A stretch of 64,000 nucleotides of DNA from Eledone cirrhosa (GCA_964016885.1 OZ024742.1:158844001-158908000), one strand, 5' to 3'; numbered from the stretch's first letter, positions 37,811 through 57,146 are shown. Notes: generated by a model from the sequence alone, not told the origin. Numbers and translations: made by a program.

Positions 37811-38014
37811 AAAAACCAAAAATCAAAATCAAAGCAGCACAGCAACAACGAGAAACGTAAAGAAAAGAAAAATGAAAAGAAAAACAAACAGACAGACAGA
37901 GAAGGGAAGGGAAAAACTAAGTCAGACATTCAAACATGACATTACAATGAAACTTATGCTTATTCTTTTTGTTTTGTTTTTTGTTTTTTACCTATTTGTT
38001 TGTTTGTTTATTTA

Positions 38015-41000
38015 TGTTCGTCTACAGCGTGATAGTGCCACACAAAAATCAACGGGAGTGATGAAATCACCGGTGGTTATGTAACCATACATTCACCAAT
38101 CCTCGATAAGAGTGTTTAAATGTCGAACCTAAACAGTTCGAATAACGGTGAAGTGGAGACTGGAATGTCATGTAACAGACTCTCACCCAGAAGGTGCTCC
38201 CTGGCTCAGCAGCAGGGACCTGGCTGTCAACCAAATACTGCTTGTGTCGGAAGAAGAAGAAGAAGAAGAAGAAGAAGAAGAAGAAGAAGAAGAAGAAGAA
38301 GAAGAAGAAGAAGAAGAAGAAGAAGAACCAACTGGACGAAAGAATTGAATAGAACTCTTATGCAATGTTACGTGAAGAGTAACCCCAAGGAGAAAGGCTA
38401 TAGGAAACGGATGCATAACATCTGGAACGAGATTGGTCTATTTAAATTAGATGAACAAATGGCTGGATAAGCGAGCTAGAACTGGAGGAACTGAGCAGAG
38501 AGATTAGGTTGGAAATGGTGAGTGGAGTATGCCAGGCAAACGAGCCAGTGGGAAATGAAGGTGAAGAGGTTGAGAGAACGGAGGAACCATCCGAAGCAGA
38601 CAATGATCTGAATCCTGAAATAAATAATACCTGGAACAAAGACACGGCCGTTGAGGAGATGAATGCTGACGGGCTAGGACAAGATTTGGTTGATATCCTA
38701 AATTTAGTGGTAGATGAATTGAACAATGATAGTGGGAAACCTATGAACCTAAGATTTGTAGACAGGAAAAAGTTAAAAGAAACAACAGCTAAGGTAAACA
38801 AAGTCATCCCATACCTTGAGGCGAGGAGCCTTCACCAGTGCAACAATATCCTCAAAGCAACAGCAAATGCGGTGAGGAAATTACTTGGTATAAAAGCGAG
38901 AGGAAACAACAAACAAGAAAGATCAGAGCCTTGGTGGAAGAAACGACTGAATGGTCAAATCAGGGAAATGAGAAATGACATTGGAAAGCTTGAGTCCCTA
39001 CTGAATGGGACACTAAAAAACATAGACATTAAAAATAGACTGGAAATAAAGTACAAAACTAGGAGGAAAAAGCTAAATATTATCATAGAGGAACTGAAGC
39101 AACGCATTGTAGCAAAGAGTGCAAAAATTAGGCGATACGAGAGCAGAGTCAGTCAGTAAAGACAGAACCGCATGTTTGACAACAGCCAGAAGATGCTGTT
39201 TGGACAGATTGAAGGGAAAGAAAGAGGCAACGACTTGATCCCTGAGGCGGAACAAACTAAGACATTCTGGAGAGGAATATGGGAGCAGGATGTTAAACAT
39301 AATGACCAGGCAGTGTGGATTGAGACAGTACAAAAGGAGATTAGTGAGCAGGCACACCAACAAACTGATTTGAGTATCACAGTTGAAACTCTTAAGGGGG
39401 CAGGCCAAAAAACTAACCAACTGGAAATCACCAGGCCCAGATGGTGTGCAGGGGTATTGGATTAAAAATATAACATCCCTCCACCCGAAACTGACAACCA
39501 TGTTCAATGACTGCTTGATGTCAGGTGAGGTACCAGAGTGGTTGACAAAAGGTACCACAGTTCTGGTAATGAAAGACCGAATCAAGGGTAATGATGTTAC
39601 CAACTATAGACCTATCACATGTCTGTCCGTAATGTGGAAACTGTTGACAAGCATTATGTCTGAGGAAATCTACCATCACCTCCACACAAACAACTTGTTA
39701 CCGGACGAACAGAAAGGATGCCGAAAGAAGTCCCGTGGTACAAAGGACCAGTTACTTATTGATAAGATGGTAATGGGGAATTGCAAGAGGAGACACACTG
39801 GTCTTGCCATGGGATGGATAGACTACAAAAAGGCATTTGACATGGTGCCTCATTCTTGGATCACCAAAAGCCTAGAGATCTTCAAGGTGGCAGATAACAA
39901 CAGACAGTTGTTGGGCAAAAGTATGAAGTCCTGGAAAACAGAGTTAACATCAGCTGGAGAATCCTTGGGAGGCGTGAAGATCAAGAGAGGTATCTTCCAG
40001 GAAGATAGTCTGTCCCCTCTGTTGTTTGTCCTTGCCCTGATGCCCCTGACCATTATACTGCGAAAAGTGAGAGCAGGATACAAGTTGGGAAAGAGAGAGC
40101 TTACCATTATGCACCTCCTCTTCTTGGACGATCTTAAGCTCTTCGGGAAGAGTGAGAAGGAGTTGCATGTGCTTGTTGACACTGTCCGTATTTTCAGCAA
40201 TGATATATGTATACAATTTGGTATTAGTAAGTGTGGAGTCCTTGTGATGAAGAGGGGTAAATTGAGCAGAAGCAACGGAATCCAAGTACCGACAGGTGAG
40301 ATGATAAAGGAAATTGACACTGAAGAAGGATACAAGTATTTGGGTGTTCTGGAAGCTGATGACATCAAGAACAAAAAAATGAAAGAATTGATAAGATCTG
40401 AATACATTCGGAGAGTAAGGGGCGTATTAAAGTCACATCTGAACAGTAGGAATGCCATAAGTGCAGTAAATTCCCGAGCTGTGTCTATTATTAGGTACAG
40501 TGCGGGAATTCTGAGATGGAATGTTGCTGAACAAAAAGAAATGGATGGGAAGACTAGAAAGCTATTGACTATCTATAACATGTTCCACAAGAGGAGTGAT
40601 GTCGATAGACTCTACTTAAGGAGATATAAAGGTGGAAGAGGTCTTATCAGCATAGAGAACTGTGTTCAGATAGGAGAAAAACAACCTACACAAATACGTG
40701 ACTGATAGTAAGGAGCAAATGCTCAGAACTGTACTAAAGGAGAGGACAATAGACCAGGGGATATCCAAGGAGGAAATAACAACGAGGAGAAAGAGCAGCC
40801 TTCATGAAAAATCCTTTCATAGTACCTTCTTTGAGAAAACTGAATTCAGAGATCCACAGACATGGAACTGGTTGAAAAGAGGAGACCTTAAAAAGGCTAC
40901 AGAAGGAATGTTAATGGCTGCGCAAGAGCAGGCCCTCAAAACGAAGTGGTTGAAACACCATACTTACAAGGAGGAGGCTAGCCCACTGTGCAGGATCTGT

Positions 41001-41633
41001 GGAGAGAGAGAGGAGACTGTGGCTCACAGTGTATCCGAGTGTAAACACCTAGCCCAGACTCACTATAAAGGCTGGAGACATGATGGGCAGGGTGATCCAC
41101 TGGCACCTATGCAAAGTAAACAATTTACCACATTCTGAGAAGTGGTATGAGCATAAGCCAGAGTCGCTGATAGAAAACGATCAGGTGAAGGTGTTGTGGG
41201 ATTTTAGGATACAGACGGACAAGAAACTGGAACACAATAGACCAGACCTGGTGGTTTTGGACAAAGAAAAAAGGTTGTGCCTGATTGTAGATGTAGCCTG
41301 CCCATTCGACACGAGAGTGCAAGAGAAGGAGAGGGAGAAAATTAACCGATACTAGGACTTAAAGTGGGAGGTAAAAAGGATTTGGAACTGCCATGAAGTC
41401 AAAGTGGTCCCGATTGTCATAGTCGCATTTGGTACTATCTCAAAAAGTTTCCAGGGATGGTTAAAGAAAATTGGCCCCGCCACGCTTTTTGGAACGCTTC
41501 AAAAGGCATGCTTGCTGGGAACAGCAAGAACCCTCCGATACGTCCTGAATATCTGAGGCTGCAGGTAGTGGCTTGATATTCATTTCAACAAACTTTCCAG
41601 TTAACTAACATCAATGACTAAGACTCAAAGAAC
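38015..41633 (+). mobile_element. Dong/R4-clade RLE LINE, copy A, near full length, inactivated
   Basis: NWKSPGPDG, YRPITCL, QKGC, WIDYKKAFDMVPH, GIFQEDSLSP, FLDDLKL, CRICG..ET..H..C, RPD..VD..CP endonuclease; (TAA)n tail. 5' boundary approximate. Confidence 0.9.
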
Positions 41634-41642
41634 AATAATAAT

Positions 41643-41740
41643 AATAATTGTTTCTACGTTAGGCACAAGGCCAGAAATTACCCAGTGTGTTACTGGTACT
41701 TTATTTTATCGACCCCGTAAGGATGAAAGACAAAGTTAAC
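41643..41740 (-). mobile_element. SINE S1 3' fragment in the Dong-A (TAA)n tail
   Basis: Tail and core present, truncated at aaagttaac. Confidence 0.9.
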
Positions 41741-41754
41741 AATAATAATAATAA

Positions 41755-41785
<31 letters not shown>

Positions 41786-41910
41786 AAGAAGAAGAAGAAG
41801 AAGAAGAAGAAGAAGAAGAAGAAGAAGAAGAAGAAGAAGAAGAAGAAGAAGAAGAAGAAGAAGAAGAAGAAGAAGAAGAAGAAGAAGAAGAAGAAGAAGA
41901 AGAAGAAGAA
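41741..41910. repeat. (AAT)n-(GAA)n microsatellite
   Basis: About 51 perfect GAA units. Confidence 0.95.
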
Positions 41911-42670
41911 GACGCACATGGTGGATAGAAGGTCGTGAAATCGCTCCCGTAAGTTTTTGATTTTTAACATATTTAAATCAATTGTGAAATAACAATTCTT
42001 AGTACAAATGATACATAAAGCATCCGACTTAAATCTCAGAAAAATTCGGATCCATAATATATTGTCATATCGCTCAAATATTCAATTTTGTATTATACAT
42101 TTTATATTCAAAAAAGAAAATGGTTATAAATGGAAGAAAACCCCTCTGTCTATACTATATAGAACAGCCAAATAACAGCAATTTCACCAACACCAGAAAC
42201 TAGATACACCACCTACCCCATCACCCCCTCTGTGTACACTAAATACAACAGCCAGATAACGGCAATTTCACCACCACCACCACCAATCTCAGCATAATAA
42301 TAATAATTACTATTATTATTGTCTCAAGTTTTAACAAAATGTTTAATTCCAATATTAAGAAAATATGTCAACACATATATTAAACATACGCGACAAACGC
42401 ATAGATACACAGATCAAACAAAACTAGTCTATTCAACAACACTCAGTAACGACAACGCCATCACTATAGTCACCGCCGCCACCACTCCATCCATCATTGC
42501 CACCACTATCCCATCACCGCCGCCACCACTCCTTCATTGCTACCACCACTATTCCCCCATTACCTTCTGTTAACTTAAGAAAGGGGAAGGTGGCGGTATC
42601 ACTAGACAAGGGACAGGCTAGCAAAAGATATAAATAGATTGACTTAGTGACCCGGCCACCGGCCAAACGT
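41911..42670. repeat. Unassigned repeat unit X, copy 2
   Basis: Diverged homologue of 37297-37810. Confidence 0.7.
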
Positions 42671-42799
42671 CAACGACTATGGCACTGCTGGCTCCCCCCT
42701 TCCCCAGCAACAATAGAAAAAGCCCCAGCACCACCACCGACATAGCCAACAACAATAACAGGCAACTTCAGCAAAAAGTATATTATATTATTAATAATT

Positions 42800-45700
42800 T
42801 CATTCTTAAGCCACGCAATGCTCACATTAAGGAACCACTCATGATAATAACAATTTAAAAAACAACAAAAAAGAAAACCCCGTGACCAAGAAATACCGGG
42901 ATGGCGGCCGGCGGGGAATAGCCGTGTCTCTAGGGGAGGACGACCACTCTAGTCTTGGTTGACACTCGTCCTAGAAGTGGTAACACGAAATGATTACCCC
43001 TTGGCGGATAAGGATAAAACGCGACAAAATAAAGTAAATGTCTAATGATAAAATCTCATACCGGATCGGCCGTCACCCGGGTCAAAAAGGGCCGCGTCCC
43101 TCAGAGAGGAACCAGACTGGGGTCGAAAAATCAGTTAATGGTTCAAACCTTCCCATCACTTCGGAGCTGGAGACCTCCCATAACCGGAATACTCCTACTG
43201 TTGGCCCTCCATGCTCACCACCAAGAAATCCAAAGAAAAAGAGAGAAAAATGGTCAAGGGAAGATAATAAAGAAGTCCTTGAGGATTTCTACACTGCCAT
43301 GTACTACCCATCAAATACATCGAATACAGAACAGACATATATCAACTGGAAAAAGAAACATCCCGAAAACAGAGGCTATATTGACAGTAACAAACTAGCC
43401 AATATACGAAGAAATATTGTAAAAAAAAAGTTACTAACTGATATAGAAATTGATCAGATGAAGCTATTAGCACAAAGTCAGCGAAGGGAAAATGAAACAT
43501 GTGTCAGTGAAAATGAGGTAAATTGTAACACTTCGAATCCCAGGGTTGGGGCGGAATCACTGACAACAGAACAAATTAAAGAAAGGATCGAAAAAGTGGA
43601 GGGAGTGCATGCTCAAGATGAAACTCCAAATGAAAATAATGAGATCGTAAATGATAAAGAAATGAATGAGAATGAACTTGCCAACTTGAAGGATGAAATT
43701 ATGATCGAATGGATGAAAATGAAAGAATCTGACATGGGGGAACGAGACACCCTCCCTAAGATCCAGAACTCCAAACAGAACCAAAAGATAATACACAAGA
43801 CTAACATAATTCTCAAAAACATTATCATCAGAAACAAACTAAACATTACTGACTTAAATCATCTCTATTATGCAGCGGCTAAAGTCACCACTCACTTATG
43901 TGGGGTGAAGATGAAAAAACAAAGGAATTCCCACAAAAAATCTACTTGGCAAGAGAACATCAATCGCCAAATAAACTTTCTCCGATCTGACATAGAAATT
44001 TTAACAAACTATAAAGTAGGTGAACATGTTAAACAAACTAAACTTAGAAAATTGAAAAGAAAGTACAGTATAAAATCAACAAGTGACATAGACATGCTGA
44101 TAGAAATAATCAAGCAAAAAGTGTCGGCCCAAGCTGCTCGTATAAGGCGATTTGAAAAACGATCTAGATTCTATAAGGACAATAATATGTTCAAAAACAA
44201 CCAAAGAAACTTCTACAGAAAAATTGGTAAGTCAACAATAACTGCTAAATCAATACCACCCAAGGAGGAAGTGCAAGAATTCTGGGAAAAGATCTGGGCC
44301 GAAGAAAAAATTCATAATATACATGCCCCATGGATAGACAGACAAATGAAAGATACAGCTCACCTTGAGGAACAAATATGGGAAAATATAACAGTTGAAC
44401 AGTTGCGTTTGGCTCTAAGAAAAACCAGCAAATGGAAATCCCCAGGAAAAGACAAAATACAAATTGTTTGGATAAATGCCTTCACAGAGTCTCATGCGCT
44501 GTTAGGCAACTTTACAATGAAATAGTTAAGGAGCCAGAAAAGATACCATCATGGCTAGTTAACGGCATTACATTCCTGCTTCTGAAGAATGATGAGACAA
44601 ACAATCCCAAAAATTACAGACCGATAACTTGCTTGACCACAATGTATAACATTTTGACATCAGTCCTAACTGAATATACATATGACCACCTGATAACAAA
44701 TGACCTATTTCCCATTGAGCAGAAAGGGTGTAAACGAGGCTCATATGGCTGCAAGGATCAGCTTTTTGTTAACAAAATGATACTGGAAGATTGTCATAAT
44801 AGACACAAAAATCTATCAATTGCTTGGATAGATTACAAAAAAAGCATTCGATAGTTTGCCACACAGTTGGATTGAAAAATGTTTAGAGATTTTCAAAATA
44901 TCTCCCGTTGTCAGGAGGTTTTTATCATTCAGTATGAAGACATGGAAAACGACACTCCTTTTGAATAGTGAAACAAAATCACTGGAAGCTGGAGAAGTTA
45001 ATATTAATTGTGGAATTTTTCAGGGTGACTCTTTATCACCGCTTTTATTCTGCATCGCACTTATACCATTAAGTAAAATGCTCAATGAAACAAAACATGG
45101 ATATAAAGTCTATGACAAAACCATTAATCACTTGTTCTACATGGATGGCCTGAAACTATTTGCAAAAAATGATGAACAATTGCAAGGGCTATTATCCACT
45201 GTGGAGCAGTTCAGTGATGACATTAAAATGGAGTTTGGACTAGATAAATGCGCCAAAGCAACGTTCACCAGAGGAAAGCTGCTGAAGAGTTCAGACATTA
45301 ATCTTGATCGGGGGAACGTGATAAGAGAACTTGATCAAGAAAAAACTTACAAATATCTAGGTGTTTGTGAAGGAGACGTAATCAAGCACTCGACAATGAG
45401 GGAAAGGATAAGGAAGGAATGTTATCGCAGAGTAAGAGCAATCTTAAGAACGGAATTGAATGCAAGGAATAGGATCGATGCCATAAACACGCTTGCCATA
45501 CCAGTAGTAACCTACAGTTACAATGTCATCAACTGGTCAAGCACAGAGATCCGTAGGCTCGATACAAAAATTCGAAAATTCTTAACCATGCACAGAATGC
45601 ATCACCCTAAGGCAGATATAGATAGAATATATCTCCCTAGGAAAGAAGGAGGACGTGGGTTAATCCAGTTAGACATTGCGTTGAAAACTGCAACAATTGG

Positions 45701-46832
45701 ATTATCTACATACTTAAGGGAATCACATGATTGGATGATGAAACTCGTTTTGAAACACAAAAGTATCAAAAGAGCATACTCCATTACAAAAGATGCACAA
45801 AGATACAGTAATGGACTACAAATTTCAGAAGTCCCACTTACTGCTGAAATGGAAAACACAGAAAAAGCAAAGCAGGTAAAAGTAACTGCAAAGAAAGAAC
45901 TGCTACAGAAACTGGCTAAGAAATGGCAAGAAAAGCCTCTGTATGGAAAATACCCAGAACGAGCTAACAATCCTGATGTTGACAAAACTTTAACCCATCA
46001 GTGGTTGGCATCCTCTGGACTGAAATTGGAGACTGAAGGACTGATTATATCAGCACAAGATCAGTGTCTGCCAACAAAAAATTACGAAGCCAACATAATA
46101 AAAAATGGATGCAGCCCATTATGCCATGTATGTAAAACACAACCAGAGACCATTGACCATATAATTTCAATGTGCAGTCCTATAGCTCCAACAGAATATC
46201 TAAACAGGCATGACAGAGCTGCACAATACATACATTGGATAATGTGTAAGCATTTTGACCTGCCCCATCAAAATAATTGGTGGGAGCATCAACCACCTCC
46301 CATACTTGAAAAAGATCACATCGCAATCTTGTGGAACTTTAGCATCCAAACAGACTGAAAAATAGATGCAAATAGACCTGATATAATATTGAAGGACTTT
46401 AAAAAGAGGGTATGCTTGCTAATTGATATGTCCGTTCCAATAGACAAGAATGTATCTACAAAAACATTTGAAAAATTGAGCAAGTATAAGGACCTGGAGA
46501 TAGAAATTGGAAAAATGTGGAAATTGAGAACTAAAACAATACCAGTGGTTGTAGGCGCTCTAGGAATGATACCTAAGGGGTCTAATGATTACTTATCGCA
46601 AATCCCAGGAAACCCGCGTATAGGAGAAATACAAAAGATAGTTCTAATGGGAACTGCCCATATACTAAGGAAGATTCTGTCAATATAAGTACATCACAAG
46701 TCTAAACACCTAAAGATGCATGTGTGAGTATGTATGTTCTTTCTTGAACATGGCGGACCTTGTTGTCTCTTGAGGTCACTGGTTGTGACTTGGTGACAAC
46801 TCGTATGAACATAAAGCAAGATAAATGCAGCT

Positions 46833-46833
<1 letters not shown>
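42800..46833 (+). mobile_element. Dong/R4-clade LINE, copy B (different family), near full length
   Basis: ORF 43038-46688 broken by frameshifts and a stop: KWSREDN, KWKSPGKD, YRPITCL, GIFQGDSLSP, YMDG (catalytic D lost), CHVC..ETIDH..C, RPD..IDMSVP; (TAA)n tail from 46834. Confidence 0.92.
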
Positions 46834-46907
<74 letters not shown>

Positions 46908-46912
<5 letters not shown>

Positions 46913-47081
46913 TGTTTCTACTTTTGGTACAAGGCCAGCAATTATCCCAGTTACTTTTACTTTATTTTATCTATAATAATAATAATAATTGTTTCTACGT
47001 TAGGCACAAGGCCAGCAAATACCCAGTGTATTACTGGTACTTTATTTTATCGACCCCGTAAGGATTAAAGGCAAAGTTAAC
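46908..47081 (-). mobile_element. Two tandem SINE S1 3' fragments in the Dong-B tail
   Basis: 46908-46972 and 46985-47081, separated and flanked by (AAT)n. Confidence 0.9.
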
Positions 47082-47139
<58 letters not shown>

Positions 47140-47143
<4 letters not shown>

Positions 47144-47402
47144 CTAAGGGGTCTAATGATTACTTATCGCAAATCCCAGGAAACCGCGTATAGGAGAAAT
47201 ACAAAAGATAGTACTAATGGGAACTGCCCATATACTAAGGAAGATTCTGTCAATATAAGTACATCACAAGTCTAAACACTAAAGATGCATGTGTGAGTAT
47301 GTATGTTCTTTCTTGAACATGGCGGACCTTGTTGTCTCTTGAGGTCACTGGTTGTGACTTGGTGATAACTCGTATGAACATAAAGCAAGATAAATGCAAC
47401 TG
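47140..47402 (+). mobile_element. Dong-B family 3' fragment
   Basis: Near-identical to 46569-46833; flanked by (TAA)n. Confidence 0.92.
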
Positions 47403-47424
47403 TAATAATAATAATAATAATAAT

Positions 47425-47872
47425 GTGAAGGTGCTGTGGGATTTTAGGATACAGACGGACAAGAAACTGGAACACAATAGACCTGACCTGGTGGTTGTGG
47501 ACAAAGAAAAAAGATCGTGCCTGATTGTGGATGTGGCCTGCCCATTCGACACGAGAGTGCAAGAGAAGGAGAGGGAGAAAATTAACCGATACCAGGACTT
47601 AAAGTGGGAGGTAAAAAGGATTCGGAACTGCCATGAAGTCAAAGTGATCCCGATTGTCATAGGCGCACTAGGGACTATCTCAAAAAGTTTCCAGGGATGG
47701 TTAAAGAAAATTGTCCCCTTCACGCTTTTTGGAACGCTTCAAAAGGCATGCTTGCTGGGAACAGCAAGAACCATCCGATACGTCCTGAATATCTGAGGCT
47801 GCTGGTAGTGGCTTGATATTCATTTCAACAAACTTTCCAGTTAACTAACATCAATGACTGAGACTCAAAGAG
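47425..47872 (+). mobile_element. Dong-A family 3' fragment
   Basis: Homologous to 41185-41633 with an open RLE frame; flanked by (TAA)n. Confidence 0.92.
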
Positions 47873-47904
47873 TAATAACAATAATATAATAATAATAATA
47901 ATAA

Positions 47905-47972
47905 TAATAATTGTTTCTACTTTTGGTACAAGGCCAGCAATTATCCCAGTTACTGGTACTTTATTTTATCTA
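47905..47972 (-). mobile_element. SINE S1 3' fragment
   Basis: ttgtttctacttttggtacaaggccagc; same variant as the 46908 fragment. Confidence 0.85.
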
Positions 47973-47981
47973 CGGACAAGG

Positions 47982-53850
<5,869 letters not shown>

Positions 53851-55042
53851 ATATATATATATATACATATATATATATGTGTGTATTATATGTGTGTATT
53901 ATTCCTGAAAATGGGAAAACTCGGCGTATGGACGCTGTTAGAAAACAGCAAAATGCCGTTGAAGCGTCGTTGGGTAAAATATTACCTCGAAGGATAGAAA
54001 TCAGCGGTTCGATGTGAGTTGACTCGAAGGAAGGAAGAGAAGATAGGATGGAGGAAAACAAACAGGTCACATCCATTCTTTTTTCCTCCATTCTATCTTC
54101 TCTTCCTTAAGTCACTACTTTAAAACTCATTGAGAATGGTCTTCTAATTTTTTTTAATTAAATATACATTACATACATTCATATATATATATATATGTGG
54201 AGGGGGGGTTGTATGTGTGCGTGTGTATTGTGTGTAAGCATCAATCGTCACTCATGTTCATCTTTTGAAGCTTTTACTCTAGAATATTCTTACAACAAAT
54301 ATATATTATTTCTTATAATGCAGAATTATAAGATAGTTAGTCCATCGCTCTGCCTTTTCCAATAAAGATAGGCTAGAAATAATATTAAACTTTACTTGAA
54401 CATTTGCTCCTATTTCATCAAGCGTATAAAAACAACGTCATTCAAGGTTGTCTTTCAGATAATATTTTTATTGTCGTTGTTGCTGTTGTTGATTTTTCTG
54501 TTTTACTTCTTTAGCATTTAGAAAACTTTATTAATATTTGGAGTAATTCAATAGAATTAAACAAAGATTTTAAAGCCAGGAAACGTCAGTCATTTTTAAC
54601 TCAATAATCCTATCATATTTATGTCTGACTTCAGCAAAAAACAAAACAAATATTCTCATGAGTTGGTTACTAAATCAGTTGAAAAAAATCAGTAAAACTC
54701 ACGTGACATTTTCTTCTTTGATATTACTGGAGAATATTGCTCCAGGAAGCGGAACTTATATTGAGCTGCATTGATATTGATTCTGGTATAATGTAATTGT
54801 TCTTTATAAATATCTCATTTATTTTCATGCTATATTTTCTGCGTAATGTCTATTGAAAATAATTATTTCAACAAGTAGTGTTTCACGTATGTTTCACGTA
54901 TGTAGTAGAGTGAATTACAAAAGTTCGATTTATAAATTATCTTTGCAAATGGAAAGCAAAATGTCCCTCGAGTGTGTTTGAAATTTTAATAAGTATAATA
55001 CGAATAATATCAAGCTAATAGAAATTTCTGAAAAATATATAC

Positions 55043-55095
<53 letters not shown>

Positions 55096-55096
<1 letters not shown>

Positions 55097-55646
55097 GTTT
55101 TGCGAGGTTTTTTATATGAAATCGTGTGTCGAAACAAATATTGTTATACTTGGGGAGGGTCATATTTGTGTAATATTGTCAGAATTAATAACAGAACACA
55201 CTCACTGTTTGGTTGGTTTTTCGCTTTTCGCTTCTGTGTCTTTTATATCGGTAATCTAAATTATTCGGTCCTCAATGTTGCCATTGACTGACCAACAGTC
55301 AAAAATACAGATACAATATAGACACAAACACATATATATAGTTTACCAAAGTTCTTTCGTTGAACATCTGTAACATCGTCAGTGGTGCTATTGTTTCCTC
55401 CCGTTACATTGTATGTCTACGCCATCTTTATTTAGTATGTTTATATATTTATTTATTTGTTTGTTTGTTTATTTTATTTTGTCTTCTTTGCGCATGCGTT
55501 TGCGTGTGTGTATAGTGTTGTGTTTGATGTGTGTTCGTGATTGGGTGACTGTGTATCGGTTAATGTATTCTATCTTTACTAGTGTGTGTTTGTATGTGTT
55601 TGTTGTTATTGTGCTTGTGTATGTATTTATTTATTTATTTATCTAT

Positions 55647-55677
<31 letters not shown>

Positions 55678-57146
55678 TACTTCTCTTAGGTCAGTGTTGT
55701 TTGTTTGGGTGTTGTTGTTATTCCATTCATTCGTTCTGTTTAGTCTTGGCCTTCTAAGTTCTATTTCACTGGCCTCTCCGATTTGCCTATCTGCTGGGTC
55801 ATTTCTATGTTTAGATATTATTCTAATTTCTATGTTGTCTATGTTACCGTCGTGTTGTTGTCTGGCATGTTCGTATAGTACTGACCCGTTTTTTCGTCCT
55901 TTTAGTTCCCCCAGTGTTGGTCTATCCTTTCACCTATGCTACAAGCTGTCTCGCCTATATATGTTGTTGTCATGTTTCTGCAAGTACCCTCTGTACATCT
56001 TATTCTATAGACTACGTTTCTAGTTTTACAGTTTATCCGGGAGTTTACCTTACATATGATACATTTCTTATTAGTACAGTAGGTTTTCTTAAAAGGGTAG
56101 GTTTTGCTGATCAGGGATTTTATGGTGGTTCCTGGCTTTTCTACCACCTTAATCTTTAAGTGGGTCTTTCTCAGGGCCTTTCTACACTGGTTAGCTAATT
56201 TCCCTCCAGGGGTAGCGTCCACAAACATGACACTCTGGTATCTCTGGTTGTCGTACCATGAGGTGGCTTTCCCTATCTTATGTCTAGTCCTATCTAAGCT
56301 ATTCCATGATTTGCTCCTGTATAATGGGCAAATTCCTTTCATGTCCAGTTCTATGAGTATGAGGGTCTTATACTTCTCCATGGCTCCTTCGTATACTCTG
56401 ACTCTGTCTCTTTGGTTGTAACCAGAGAACTGCATGCGGTTGATGAAGTGTTGGATGTGTCTTTCCATTTCTGTTGGGTCGCACATGCGGGACACATTCT
56501 TCATCACTCGTACCAAATCTGCGATCAGAATATTAAACTTAGCACTACTGGACATTGCTGAGTTTTTGAGTATCAGGTATTTGGAGGCCATGGGTTTAGC
56601 ATAGTGTGAGTGGAGAATTTGGGCTCTCTCGTCTATAGTGTTAATCCAGAGTTCCGTGTCTAATACAGGTAGTCTATTGTTAGGGTGTTTGGAAGGGTAG
56701 TCGATAGTTACAGTTATACTCTGGTGTATGGAATTAGCTATCTGCTGGATGCTTTCCATTGTGCTACGTTCTAAATCAAACTTGTTAGTGCTCTCTAGTG
56801 GGGATGTTCTTATAACTATATTGATATCGTCTACGTAACGAGAGTACATGATGAGGTCTATGGAGCTCTCATTAAGGAGATCTTTAAGTCTCCTTTCCCA
56901 ACATACCATAAAAAGGTTGGCAACATCACCAGCTATGCTGACGCCAATGGCTGCTCCCTCATTTTGGGTGTAGATCTTCTCGTTGAACTTGAATATGTGG
57001 CCCTTTAGGGTAGTTTTGATACTAGCCCCTATTGTATGTGCGACCATTTTTCTTACCTGATCATTGTTTTGGGGGGTCCGTATAGCTTTGGTCCACCCAA
57101 TCCACCTTCCCATGGGAGTCTTTTGGCAAAAAAGACTCTCATGGGA
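55096..57146 (-). mobile_element. 5'-truncated Penelope-like element with 3' pLTR
   Basis: ORF 55902-57113: GAAIG..ANLFM, SRYVDDI, LPVLD, NVVYRIRC..YIGET; ends in (TA)n. Confidence 0.9.
55345..55386 (-). ncRNA. Minimal hammerhead ribozyme motif in the PLE 3' pLTR
   Basis: ACCA-CTGACGA-T-GTT..AAC-GAAA-GAAC-TT-TGGT. Confidence 0.7.

Noticed and set aside
41687-41970. Poly-Lys/Leu/Phe ORFs
   Set aside because: Translations of the (GAA)n microsatellite.
38120-46688. Bacterial retron, group II intron or DGR-type RT system
   Set aside because: The RTs carry LINE-type CCHC plus restriction-like endonuclease domains and microsatellite tails typical of R4/Dong.
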